This document shows positions 20,700 to 31,159 of a DNA stretch of 64,000 nt, one piece after another. The stretch is from an uncultured Actinomycetes bacterium (lineage in GTDB: Bacteria > Actinomycetota > Thermoleophilia > RBG-16-64-13). The stretch is taken from contig CAWHIX010000006.1 in NCBI GenBank assembly GCA_963829545.1, forward strand, positions 65,097-129,096, written 5' to 3'. The notes under the pieces were generated by a model. That model ran no database searches. It saw only the letters and a program-made list of their open reading frames with translations, and was not told where the DNA came from. The position numbers and the translations under genes are program-made. Within the stretch, counting starts at the first letter, position 1. Every line of letters starts with the position of its first letter.

Positions 20700-22361
20700 G
20701 GGTCCGCTCCCGTTGTCTCTGCCCTCAGGTGGCAGCGCTTCTTCCACGACCCTCCGCACCTCCTCGGCCACGTACGGCCGCCGGATAGCAGCGGCGAAGC
20801 CGTGCTCGCCGTAGCCTCGGACCTCGGCATCGCTGCTGACGATGACGGGAGCGTCCAGCCCCGCCGCCTGCAAGGCCGCCTTGTGGGTCAACCCGCTGGT
20901 GCCGTCGGCGGAGATCAGTTCCACCACGGCCAGAACGAAGGCCTGTCCGCGCTCTCTGTGCTTCCGTCGATTCCTTCGACCGCCGCGGGGAGCGACGAAA
21001 AGACCGCAGACGCGCAGCCCAGGCCTTCCAGGACGGGTACCAGCGTCTCCGCGAGTCCGCTGCCGACGTCCAGCAGAAGAACCGGGTCTCTCCGACGTCG
21101 ACGACGCTCGGTCGTCGGTCATGGCGGCCGGTTTCTCGCGCGGCAGATCGGTGGCGCAAGCGGCCTTCCAGAGTCGCTCAGTCGCGCCTCCATCTCGGAC
21201 AGGCGCTTGCCCGCCGTGAGATCCTCCACCATCACGATGACGATGGAGGCCACGCCCACGCACGTCGCGAAAAGGGTGCAGCGGTCAGGCGGACATCCAC
21301 GAGGCGGCCATCCTTGCTCTCGAGACACCGCCTCTTCCACCAGGGGGCGCGGGCGCCGGAGAAGGTCTGGGCGCCGGGGAAGCTCCCCGCCAAGAGTCCG
21401 GGGAAGGGGCAGGGGTTCTTCAGGACCTCCGACGCCTTCCAGCCGAACAGGCGCTCGGCTGCCCTGTTCCACATCGTCACCCGCCCGGCGGCGTCGAGGA
21501 TGAACGCGGCCATGGGCGCGTGGGTGATGATCGCCTCCAGATCGGCCACGGCGTCACCTCTCGACTGCTCCGCCCAGATACGGCCGATAGCACCTGCCAC
21601 CGTAGCTCCCAGGCTGTGGAGCCCGGCCAGTAGCGTGGGCGGGATGGCTGGGTAGGTCGAGCTGGCCGCGATCATGATCGCCACGACGCTTCGCCGCGAT
21701 GCAGGATGGGTATGGCTGCCACCGACCGGGGGACGTCGGCGATGCCCTCCAGGAGGTCCGCGCATTCGGGATCGGCGGCGCGTCTCGCCAGCATCCGCAG
21801 GGTCTCCTCCGATAGGCCGCGGCTCACGACCAGATCGGGCTCGCCCGACTTCCCAGCGAGCAGGAAGACGCAGCCGCCGTCGATGCTCTCCACGCGCAGG
21901 GCGGCCTCAAAGGCCAATGTCAGGGCCTTGCGGACGTTCTGAACCGGCATGAGGGCCTTGCGCAGATCGGCCTCGATGCGTCCCAGCTTCTCGGCCCGCT
22001 TCTCCTCGGTGATATCCTCCACCACCTCGATGAAGCCCGTGGGGACGTCGCCCAGTCCCTGCAGAGGGTGAGTCCGCACTCTGGCCGAGAACCAGGTGCC
22101 GTCGTCCCGCAGACCCTCCGTCTCCGCTTCGTGCGCGCCGCCGGTGATGAGGGAAAGCCGGCCCGGGCAGTGGGAGCAGGGCTCGTCGCGCTTCTCGAAC
22201 TCGCGATAGCACTTCTTGCCCAGTAGCTCGACCATGGGTTTGCCGTAGAGGCGCTCGTTGGGCCTGTTGACCATGATCAGGTCGAAGTCTGCCGAGATGA
22301 TGTTCATCCCCGGCTCGATGTCGGGAGATCGTGCGCCGGGGCCTTCCACTTCCAGGTCCAT
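20700..22361 (-). pseudogene. Multi-frameshifted signalling protein: PAS - GAF-like - PAS - SAM-methyltransferase-like C-terminal domain
   Basis: ORF 21672..22361 carries a PAS S-box with Cys-rich CYREFEKRDEPCSHCPG plus a GAF-like segment. ORF 21232..21765 carries a second PAS (ILDAAGRVTMWNRAAERLFGW). Three further frames carry VLLLDVGSGLAETLVPVLEGLG... and FVLAVVELISADGTSGLTHKAALQAAGLDAPVIVSSDAEVRGYGEHGF, a class-I methyltransferase-like fold. At least four frame changes are needed to join them. Confidence 0.5.
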
Positions 22362-22518
22362 GCTATCCGTCGCCTTTCAGCCCGATGCCGCCGGGCCGGA
22401 GCGGTTCCACCTATGCCGGGCGCGGGAGCGCCGCCGCGCTATTGTCGCATGCCTGGGGTATTTGCGGTGACGGCGCCTCGACCGTGCGACCTTCGTGCTG
22501 CCGCGGTGCCGCGTGTCG

Positions 22519-23706
22519 CTACTGCGGGCGGAAACGCCACACTGCCAGGCCGAAGAACACGACCGTCCATATCCACACGAAACCCATGGGGGCGAGTACG
22601 TCAGGGATTCCCCAACTGTTGAGGACGATCCCGTGCAGGGAATCGACGATCCACGCGGTGGGGAGAAGGTGGGCCACCCGGCTGAAGGTCTCGCTGGTGA
22701 TCTCCAGAGGGAACCACGCCCCTCCGAGGGCGGCCAGCAGCTGCGCCGAGATCACGGTGGTGGCGATGACCGCCTGTTCGGAGCGGAACACGGAGGAGAT
22801 GAGGAGTCCCAGAGAGGCCGCCATCACCGAGAGCGAGATCATGACCAGGAAGAGCGCCGCCGGACTGTTGAAGTAGTCGACGCCGAAGGCGAACTGGCCC
22901 AGGAGGACGAGAAACAGCTGCTGGAAGAAGGTCAGGAGGACCATGGCCATCATCTTGCCGCCGATTATCTGGGGTCCTCCGACGCGCATGGTGTTCAGGC
23001 GCAGCAGGAGCCCCTGGCGTCTCTCCCAGGCCAGGCCGACGGCCACGGTCAGCAGTCCGAAGAGGACCCAGTTGACCAGGGAGCCTATGGAGGCTTGGGC
23101 GAAGCCGCTCAGTTCCTCGGAGTCCATGCTCGCAGAATCGGTCAGTTCCACAGTCACCGAGGGGGCCGCGAGCAAGGCCGCGGCGCGAGCGTGGGCGGCG
23201 GCACGGAGGGCATCATCGAGGGATGCCCCGGTCGCCAGGCCCACCTGCTCGGCCGCCGTGCCGGCGGCGAGCGTCTCGGCGTTCAGCCTAGCCACCGCCC
23301 CCTGCACGGCCTGGTATACCGACTGAGCTCCGCTGGAGGTTTCGATGCGCACAAAGGGGAGGACGGCAGCATTCCCCGCTTCGAGGGACGCACTGTAGCC
23401 TTCGGGGATGACGAGGCCGGCTGCGACTTCCTGATCCTGCACGGCTTTCTCCAGAGCCTCGGAGCTCATCGGTTCTACCCCGAGGGCGGGCTCCTGCTGC
23501 AGCCGTTCGACCAGTTGTTGTGACGCGGGACTACCGTCGAGGTCGGCGACACCCAGGGGTATGCTGGTCGTCTCGCCAAACCCGGTGAAGAGGACACCCA
23601 GAAAGACCGTGAACACCACCGGCAACACGATGGTGAACAGGGCGGCCAGCCGGTCCCGGCGCGCCTGCAGCAGCTCCTTGGCGGCTATGTACCAGGCTTG
23701 TCTCAT
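22519..23706 (-). CDS. ABC-2 type exporter permease
   Basis: 395 aa. Extracellular loop after TM1 then 5 TM helices; paralog of the upstream permease. Confidence 0.8.
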   Translation of the reverse strand: MRQAWYIAAKELLQARRDRLAALFTIVLPVVFTVFLGVLFTGFGETTSIPLGVADLDGSPASQQLVERLQQEPALGVEPMSSEALEKAVQDQEVAAGLVIPEGYSASLEAGNAAVLPFVRIETSSGAQSVYQAVQGAVARLNAETLAAGTAAEQVGLATGASLDDALRAAAHARAAALLAAPSVTVELTDSASMDSEELSGFAQASIGSLVNWVLFGLLTVAVGLAWERRQGLLLRLNTMRVGGPQIIGGKMMAMVLLTFFQQLFLVLLGQFAFGVDYFNSPAALFLVMISLSVMAASLGLLISSVFRSEQAVIATTVISAQLLAALGGAWFPLEITSETFSRVAHLLPTAWIVDSLHGIVLNSWGIPDVLAPMGFVWIWTVVFFGLAVWRFRPQ

Positions 23707-24970
23707 GCGTATCGCCTACCGAAGAACCAAGTGGCCAGCGCGAAGAACACCAGGCTGAAGCCCACGGCGGCCAGTAGCGGCAGGGCGATGTTGGCCCAGG
23801 ACCCGCCGAACAGCACCTGCCCCCAGCCTTCGATGAGCCACCCGTTGGGCGTGAAGCGACGGACGGCGGCGAACGTGCCCTCGATGTTGGCCGTGCCCAC
23901 GAAGTTGCCTCCGACAAGACCCAGGAAGACGAAGATGGCGCTGCTCACGGCCCCCGCCTGGGCGGGCGTCTTGGCAAAGGACACGGTTAAGAGGCCGAGC
24001 GAAGCGGCCACCAGGGCGCCCGCGAGAGTGAGAGCGATCACCGGGCCCGTCGCTCCCCAGTGGGCGCCGAAGAGCAGCCGGCCGACGAGGAGCAGGACGA
24101 CGGATTGCAGCAGCACCACCACGAACACCCCCACGTACTTCCCGGCGAGCACCACGGAGCGCCGGGTGGGCGTGGTGAACAACCTGAACAGGGTCCCGTG
24201 CCGGTGCTCGTCGAGGATACTGCGGGCGGCCGTCGCCCCTCCGAAGAACATGAAGAAGATCATCATGCCCACCAGCACCTGGCTGGCCACGTTGGGCTCG
24301 GGTCTGGCTTCCGCACCGGGTATCACCGGGGCCCGCGGCACCAGAGCCACAGCAGCGGCGCCCTGGGCTTCGGCGGCGTACGCCTCCGCGGTGGCTATGG
24401 CCAGATCCTCGAGTTCTTGTGGGTCGGCGGTCCCTTCGGCGACCGCCAGGTCGACGGCGGTGAAGGCTGCCGCTCGGGCACCGTCGAGGGCCTGCGCCAC
24501 CGACCCGACTACTGAGGCGACGATGGCCGGGCCGACGGTGGCGGCCGGGTCCTTGTAGACCTCTATTTCCCGCGGCTGGTCCGTCGAGAGCCCTCCCCTC
24601 AGGCCCTCCGTGAGGCCCTCCGGGATGATGACGGCTGCGTCGGCCTCCCCCTCGTCGACGGCCGCCCGGGCCGCTTCGGCGCTGTCGACTACGGTCGTAT
24701 CGAGGACATCGGCCAGCTCCGGGTCGGTGAGCACCGCGAGCATACGCGCTCCTGCCCGGTCGGCGCCGCGCCCGGGCTCTCCGTCGGGGCGGCCTGGTCT
24801 AGATCGACCACCACGGTCTTCACGGCAGGCAGGGCGAAGTTGTCTCCTGAGCCGAAAGCCGCCCCCAGGGCCCCGGCCAGCAGCAGGGGCGCCACGAGCA
24901 TCATGGCCAGCGCGGCGAAGTCGCGGTAGATGTGGCGGATGTCCTTCCAGGCGATGCTGAGGGCGCGCAT
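23703..24970 (-). CDS. ABC-2 type exporter permease (frameshift near 24745-24800 splits the N-terminal TM1 segment from the body)
   Basis: ORF 24689..24970 (MRALSIAWKDIRHIYRDFAALAMMLVAPLLLAGALGAAFG...VVVDLD) is the N-terminus. ORF 23703..24743 (MLAVLTDPELADV...) continues in another frame. Confidence 0.65.
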
Positions 24971-24988
24971 GTCGGCTCCCCCGCCCGC

Positions 24989-25936
<948 letters not shown>

Positions 25937-26020
25937 CTCGTCCTCCCCGAAGCGTGGAAGTGCCACTGGACGGTCGTGGCTTCCCGGCGCGGCCTAGGCC
26001 GTCCGGCGGCGTCGATCCTC

Positions 26021-27256
26021 CTAGCTGAAGACCTCTTCCCGGCTGATCATGCCCTCATCGAGCTTGAATGCGGCGTGAAGGGCCTTCACCGCCGTCTCCA
26101 CGTGCTGTTTGCGGATGACACAGCTGACCTTGATGGTGCTTGTCGAGATCATCTCGATGTTGATGCCGTTCTCGGCCAGCACTTCAAACATCTTCGCCGC
26201 GACCCCAGGGTAGGTCTTCATACCGGCGCCCACGAGAGTGACTTTGGCCACGTCCGGGTCGGTGTCGAAGGACTTGAAGCCAACGGCCTCGCGCATGCCC
26301 TCCAGCACGGCCGCCACTCTGGGAAGGTCGGCTTCGGCAGTGGTGAAGGAGATGCTGGCGGTGCCGCCCTCGGACACGTTCTGAATGATGACGTCCAGGT
26401 TGATGTGGGCCTTCGCGAGCGCCGAGAAGATCCCGGCTGCCACGCCCACTTCGTCGGGCAGGCCGCGGATGGTGACTTTGGCGTCGTCAAGGGTGAAAGC
26501 TACACCGGAGATTATGGCTTGTTCCATTTTGGGATCTTCCTGTCCTACCCAGGTACCGGGGCTGTTGTTGAAACTGGAGCGGATGTGTAGGGGTACGTCG
26601 AAGCGGCGGGCCACCTCGACGCTGCGGGCCATCATGACCTTGGCGCCGCTGGCTGCCATCTCCAGCAGTTCCTCGTTGGATATGGTGTCGAGTTTGCGCG
26701 CCTCGGGCACCATGCGGGGATCGGTGGTGAAGACGCCCTCCACGTCAGTATAGATCTCGCATACCTCCGCCCCCAGCGCGGCCGCCAGTGCCACCGCGGT
26801 GGTATCCGAGCCTCCACGGCCCAGCGTGGTGACGTCCTGCTCGGTGGACACCCCCTGAAAACCCGCCACCAGCACGATCCTGCCCTCCCCTAGGGCCTTC
26901 TGGATGCGATGGGGCCTGATGTCGAGGATCTTGGCCCTGGTATGCGAGGTGTCCGTGACGATGCCCGCCTGCGAACCGGTGAGGGAGATGGCCTGGAAGC
27001 CCAACTCGTGGATCGCCATGGCCAGCAAGGCGGCCGAGATACGCTCTCCGGCCGAGAGCAGCATATCCATCTCGCGCGCCGGCGGGTCGTCGGAGATCTC
27101 TTGGGCAAGCTCGACGAGTTCGTCCGTCGTGTCGCCCCGCGCCGAGACCACCGCTACGACAGGGTGCCCATCATTGTGAGCATCGACGATACGGTTGGCC
27201 ACCCGTTTTATGCAGGTGGCGTCTGCCACCGATGACCCCCCGAATTTCATCACCAC
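26021..27256 (-). CDS. lysC: Aspartate kinase (two C-terminal ACT domains)
   Basis: [13 protein letters not shown]...[16 protein letters not shown]...ACT repeats. True start at VVMKF or MKFGG (27250-27256); the 64-aa upstream extension of ORF 26021..27421 is unlikely. Confidence 0.9.
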   Translation of the reverse strand: MVMKFGGSSVADATCIKRVANRIVDAHNDGHPVVAVVSARGDTTDELVELAQEISDDPPAREMDMLLSAGERISAALLAMAIHELGFQAISLTGSQAGIVTDTSHTRAKILDIRPHRIQKALGEGRIVLVAGFQGVSTEQDVTTLGRGGSDTTAVALAAALGAEVCEIYTDVEGVFTTDPRMVPEARKLDTISNEELLEMAASGAKVMMARSVEVARRFDVPLHIRSSFNNSPGTWVGQEDPKMEQAIISGVAFTLDDAKVTIRGLPDEVGVAAGIFSALAKAHINLDVIIQNVSEGGTASISFTTAEADLPRVAAVLEGMREAVGFKSFDTDPDVAKVTLVGAGMKTYPGVAAKMFEVLAENGINIEMISTSTIKVSCVIRKQHVETAVKALHAAFKLDEGMISREEVFS

Positions 27257-27635
27257 GATATTGGTTCGCTCAGCCTTCCGCTCCGGGCCGGCAATGACCA
27301 CATAGTCGAGCGTCGCGTCGTCCGCGGCCTGTGGTGAGTCGTCTTGCTGTGGATGCTCTTGTTCCGTCACCTCGATCAGTGCTCCGATCCCGCTTTTTGC
27401 GCAGCCCGGTAATTCTAGCAACCCCGCACCAGCGGAGCTATCGGTCCTCCGGACGGGTCGTGAACATCGACAGCAACGTGGAGCGCTGGGGCAATGCCAT
27501 CGGCCGCGGCATGGATACTGGCTATTTGAGACCTGCTGGATCTGTCAGACCGGGGCTACCTTGTCCAGGTCCGCGAGGGACGCTCATTCATGTTCATTCC
27601 GGCCTCTGACCTGCGTGACCGCCTCGTCGTTGAAT

Positions 27636-27680
27636 GAGATCTATCAGTCAATATCAGTTGGTATCAATCTGATAGTTGCG
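27636..27680. promoter_or_regulatory. AT-rich operator-like element upstream of lysC: three TATCA(G/A) direct repeats at 10-bp phasing flanked by inverted CTATCAG/CTGATAG
   Basis: gagatCTATCAGtcaaTATCAGttggTATCAAtCTGATAGttg, read from sequence. A local AT-rich island in a 70% GC context. Confidence 0.4.
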
Positions 27681-27793
27681 GTACGAAGCGGACGCGAAAA
27701 CTGGAGGTCCCGCCCAATCACTCGCTTGTGGGGCGGCGGCCCAGGGGGCGGGCTCGGTGGTCGCCGGTCACTGGGCCGCGTGGGGGGGATCGG

Positions 27794-28138
27794 TCAGCGT
27801 GCTTCGCCAGCCCGTGGGCCGTTCCGGCGATCGAGCAGATGTCTCACGGCTAGGTAGGGATGCCGGATGGTCATGCGCGGTCCGGAGTAGCGCATCACGG
27901 CTCGGACGCGCGTGCGCATGTCGGTCTGGAAGCAGTGGACGGTGCATCTGGCACAGGTGGGCTTCTGATCCCCGAAGGAGCATCGTTCGATGCGCCGGCG
28001 GGAGTAGTAGAGGAGTTGGGCGCAGTCCCGGCAGAGGCCATCCCGGTCGCCTCCGGGGTCTGCCTCCGGGGTCGCCAGCGTAGATCGTCCAAGGCGTCGT
28101 CCGTTGCCCTCACGGCGCTGGGGTGGCCCGCCCTGCAA
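27794..28138 (-). CDS. YgbA-family (nitrous-oxide-stimulated promoter family) Cys-rich small protein
   Basis: CRDCAQLLYYSRRRIERCSFGDQKPTCARCTVHCFQTDMRTRVRAVMRYSGPRMTIRHPYLAVRHLLD aligns with E. coli YgbA (KCVFGEEKPACKQCPVHCYQ...MRWAGPRM..RHP..VRHL). Start position uncertain. Confidence 0.7.
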   Translation of the reverse strand: MQGGPPQRREGNGRRLGRSTLATPEADPGGDRDGLCRDCAQLLYYSRRRIERCSFGDQKPTCARCTVHCFQTDMRTRVRAVMRYSGPRMTIRHPYLAVRHLLDRRNGPRAGEAR

Positions 28139-28208
28139 TACATGCGGATCATCACCTCGATGGTGCGCTGTTCTCTGCGCACCCGACGTGACGCCGGCCT
28201 GGAGGAAC

Positions 28209-28862
28209 TCATTCGGTACACCAGCGAGATCGTTGGTGCGGGCTCTGGTCGCCTGCTAAAGCTCTCGCCGTCCGGTGAGGGCCCGGCCCAAGCGTGACCT
28301 CATCGGCGTACTCGAGGTCGCCGCCCATGGGCAGGCCCGCGGCCAGGCGGGTGATGCGCAGCGTGCCGGCGGCGGTCTCCGCCCGTAGCTCCTCGGCGAT
28401 GAAGAGGGCCGTGGCCTCACCGGCCGTGTTGGGGTTGGTGGCCACGATGATCTCGCGCACCTCGCCGGCACGGGCGCGCTCGAACAGTTCGGCCAGGTGC
28501 AGCTTCTGGGGTCCGATGCCGTCCAGCGGTGAGAGCGCGCCGCCCAGTACGTGGTACAAGCCCCGGAACTCGTGGGTCCGCTCGACGGAGATCACGTCGC
28601 CAGGCTCCTCGACCACACAGATGGTGGTGGTATCCCGTCCGGCATGGGCGCAGATCGAGCAGAGCTCTTCCTCGGTGAGGTTGAAGCAGCAGGTGCAGAA
28701 GCGCACCGTCTCTTTGACGTCGATGAGCGCTTGAGCCAGGGGCAGGGCGTCCTCAGGGGGGATCTTCAGGAGATGGAAGGCCAGGCGCTGGGCAGTCTTG
28801 GGTCCCACCCCGGGAAGCTTCGCGAGCTCGTCGATGAGCTTCTGGACGGTGGGGCTGTACAT
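28209..28862 (-). CDS. recR: Recombination protein RecR
   Basis: MYSPTVQKLIDELAKLPGVGPKTAQRLAFHLL; C4 zinc finger CTCCFNLTEEELCSIC; Toprim domain. Confidence 0.9.
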   Translation of the reverse strand: MYSPTVQKLIDELAKLPGVGPKTAQRLAFHLLKIPPEDALPLAQALIDVKETVRFCTCCFNLTEEELCSICAHAGRDTTTICVVEEPGDVISVERTHEFRGLYHVLGGALSPLDGIGPQKLHLAELFERARAGEVREIIVATNPNTAGEATALFIAEELRAETAAGTLRITRLAAGLPMGGDLEYADEVTLGPGPHRTARALAGDQSPHQRSRWCTE

Positions 28863-28905
28863 GCGGCGCGGGCCGGTGCCTCAAGCGGGCGGGCCGAAGC
28901 CCCCG

Positions 28906-29229
28906 CTAGAAGGGCAGGCCGGGAATGTTGAGCCCCGAGGTGATCCCGCCCAGCTTCTTGTTGGCCAACTCCTGGGCCGAACGGAGAGCTTCGTTGGTGG
29001 CGGCCATGATCATGTCCTCGAGTATCTCCACGTCTTCCGGGTCGATGGCGGCCGGGTCGATCTTGATGCTCTTGAGTTCGATGGCTCCGGTGACCTGGAC
29101 GGTCACCATGCCGCCGCCCGCCGACGCCTCCACGACGTCGTTGGCCAGGTCGTCCTGCATCTTGGCCATGTCGGCCTGCATCTTCTGGACCTGCTTCATC
29201 ATCTTCTGGTAGTTCGGGTTCGGGGTCAC
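28906..29229 (-). CDS. ybaB: YbaB/EbfC nucleoid-associated protein
   Basis: 107 aa; MMKQVQKMQADMAKMQDDL...VTVQVTG...KID. Confidence 0.85.
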   Translation of the reverse strand: MTPNPNYQKMMKQVQKMQADMAKMQDDLANDVVEASAGGGMVTVQVTGAIELKSIKIDPAAIDPEDVEILEDMIMAATNEALRSAQELANKKLGGITSGLNIPGLPF

Positions 29230-29248
29230 CGGCGTCTCCTCGGCTCGT

Positions 29249-31042
29249 CTAGCGCGTGGGCCCGTCGTCGATCAGGCGGGCGTCGAACTCCTGCTTGAGC
29301 ACCCTGAGCAGCTCGTCCTTGCTCAGGATTCTAGCATCTTCCTCCGGAGCGGCCGCCGGAGCCGACTCCGCCGCCAACCTGGTGGTGACGCGCAGATCCC
29401 GGCCTGTCAGCTCCCGCAGCACGGCGGTAATGACCTGGGGGTTGCTGCCCCGCGTCACCTGGTCGGCCTGGAAGCCGAAGCCGGCGGGGAACTTGATGAC
29501 CAGTTCGTCGCCCTCCAGGCTCTCGAGACGGCCCTCGGCCAGCACTGCCGCCAGACCGGCCTGGCGTTTGTGGACCGCGTCGATGACCACCGTCCATGCG
29601 CGGCGCAGGTGCTCCAGATCGGGCGGAATACTGCCCGCCTGCGGCCTGCCGCGCGCGCCACTGGGCTGGGGCGTGCCCGGCCGGGCCGCGTCCGGGTGGC
29701 CCCCCTGGGGTGCCGGAGCAGATGAAGGCGGTACGGGAGCACCCGCCGAGGGGGGAGGCGTAGGCGCGGGCTCCGGGCAAGACGCACTGCCGGTCGGGTC
29801 GGCCGGTGCCGGCCCCGACGCATCGGGAGTGCGGACGGGGGCCGTGTACGAGGCCTCCGGCTCGGCCTTCGGAGCGTCGCCCCCGCGGGTCGCGGCAGCA
29901 CACGCAGCCGCAGCTGCCTGATGCTCCGGGCGCGGGGTTCCGTCGGCCGCGAAAGCGGTCATCTTGATGAAGGCCAGTTCCAGCTCCAGCCGGGGGTCGG
30001 ACCCCTGCCGGATGGCGCGCAGACCTTCTCCCAAAAGATCGATGAAGGTGAGCGTCCGCGCTGTCGAGACACGGGAAGCCTGGCTGCGCAGCGTGGCCAG
30101 TTGCTCTTCGGTGAGGGCCATGCTGGGGGGGGCCTCCACTGTGTGTTTCACCACGTACAGATCGCGCAGGTGGCTCAGGAGGTCCTTCATGAACTGGCTG
30201 TAGTCGGTACCGGCCTGGTTGAGGCGGTCGACGAAGAGGAGGGCGCCTTGCGTGTCGTGGTCGTCGACCAGGTCGACGGCCTCGAAGAGCAGGTCGTGCT
30301 GGACGACGCCCAGGATGTCCAGGGTCTGCTGCAGGGAGATGGAGCCGCCGGAATACGTCGCCAGTTGGTCGAGCACCCCGATGGCATCGCGGAAGCTGCC
30401 TGCCGCCGCCCGGGCAATGACTGTGAGCGACGCCTCCGCCACCTCGATGCCCTCCTGCCGCGCGATGGTCGCCAATACGCTCACCACCTCCGCTATCGTC
30501 GGCCGGCGGAAGTCGAAGCGTTGGCAGCGGGAGAGGATGGTGGCCGGCACCTTGTGTGCCTCGGTGGTAGCCAGCACGAACACAGCGTGCGCAGGAGGCT
30601 CCTCCAGGGTCTTCAGCAACGCGTTGAAGGCGTGCGGGGAGAGCATGTGTACCTCATCGAGGATGTACACCTTCATGCGGCCTTCGAGAGGGGCGAAGTG
30701 TACCTTGTCGAGCAGAGTCTCGGTGACTTCCTCGACCGTGCGGTTGGAGGCCGCGTCCATCTCTACCACATCCAGGGCGCTGCCCCGCCTTATGGCCTCG
30801 CAGAGGGGACAGGTGCCGTCGGGGGTGGCCGTGGCCGCGCCGTGTCCGGCTTCACAATTGAGCGCCATGGCCAGTATCTTGGCCGTGGAGGTCTTGCCGG
30901 TTCCCCGCGGACCCGTGAAGAGATAGGCGTGGCTGACCCGGTCGTGGACGATGGCGTTGACAAGCGTGCGGGCTACGTGTTCCTGCCCGATTATGTCCTC
31001 GAAGCGGGCGGGCCGGTACTTGCGGTAAAGGGACACGGACAT
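29249..31042 (-). CDS. dnaX: DNA polymerase III subunit gamma/tau
   Basis: MSVSLYRKYRPARFEDIIGQEHV...GPRGTGKTSTAKILA...CEAGHG...DEVHML, with a Pro-rich tau C-terminal region. Confidence 0.9.
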   Translation of the reverse strand: MSVSLYRKYRPARFEDIIGQEHVARTLVNAIVHDRVSHAYLFTGPRGTGKTSTAKILAMALNCEAGHGAATATPDGTCPLCEAIRRGSALDVVEMDAASNRTVEEVTETLLDKVHFAPLEGRMKVYILDEVHMLSPHAFNALLKTLEEPPAHAVFVLATTEAHKVPATILSRCQRFDFRRPTIAEVVSVLATIARQEGIEVAEASLTVIARAAAGSFRDAIGVLDQLATYSGGSISLQQTLDILGVVQHDLLFEAVDLVDDHDTQGALLFVDRLNQAGTDYSQFMKDLLSHLRDLYVVKHTVEAPPSMALTEEQLATLRSQASRVSTARTLTFIDLLGEGLRAIRQGSDPRLELELAFIKMTAFAADGTPRPEHQAAAAACAAATRGGDAPKAEPEASYTAPVRTPDASGPAPADPTGSASCPEPAPTPPPSAGAPVPPSSAPAPQGGHPDAARPGTPQPSGARGRPQAGSIPPDLEHLRRAWTVVIDAVHKRQAGLAAVLAEGRLESLEGDELVIKFPAGFGFQADQVTRGSNPQVITAVLRELTGRDLRVTTRLAAESAPAAAPEEDARILSKDELLRVLKQEFDARLIDDGPTR

Positions 31043-31084
31043 GCGCCGGTGGGCTCCTTGTTCGCGCGCTCGATGGATGGGGCG

Positions 31085-31093
31085 ATTATATCA
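31085..31093 (-). promoter_or_regulatory. Extended -10 (TGaTATAAT) candidate promoter for dnaX
   Basis: Minus-strand sequence ccgacTGATATAATcgcc about 45 nt upstream of RBS aaggag + ATG of dnaX. Confidence 0.4.
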
Positions 31094-31159
31094 GTCGGTC
31101 TGCCGCGACCCGTCCCAGGATCGCCACCGCAGCGATGTCCCGGGCCGCAGCGACCGTAG

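Noticed and set aside
20619-21263. 214-aa ORF initially read as a response-regulator receiver C-terminus
   Set aside because: There is no Asp-Asp pocket or conserved receiver N-terminus in any frame. The pattern fits a Rossmann-like methyltransferase better, and it is part of the multi-frameshifted PAS gene.
26021-27421. N-terminal 64-aa extension of lysC ([25 protein letters not shown]...)
   Set aside because: The aspartate kinase family begins at the conserved MKFGGSS motif. The extension lacks conservation, so the start is likely at 27250-27256.
27422-27793. Lysine (L-box) riboswitch on the lysC leader
   Set aside because: I looked for the conserved L-box core (AGAGGnGC ... GGUGAAA-like elements) on the minus strand and found no match. 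The region holds phased DNA repeats instead.
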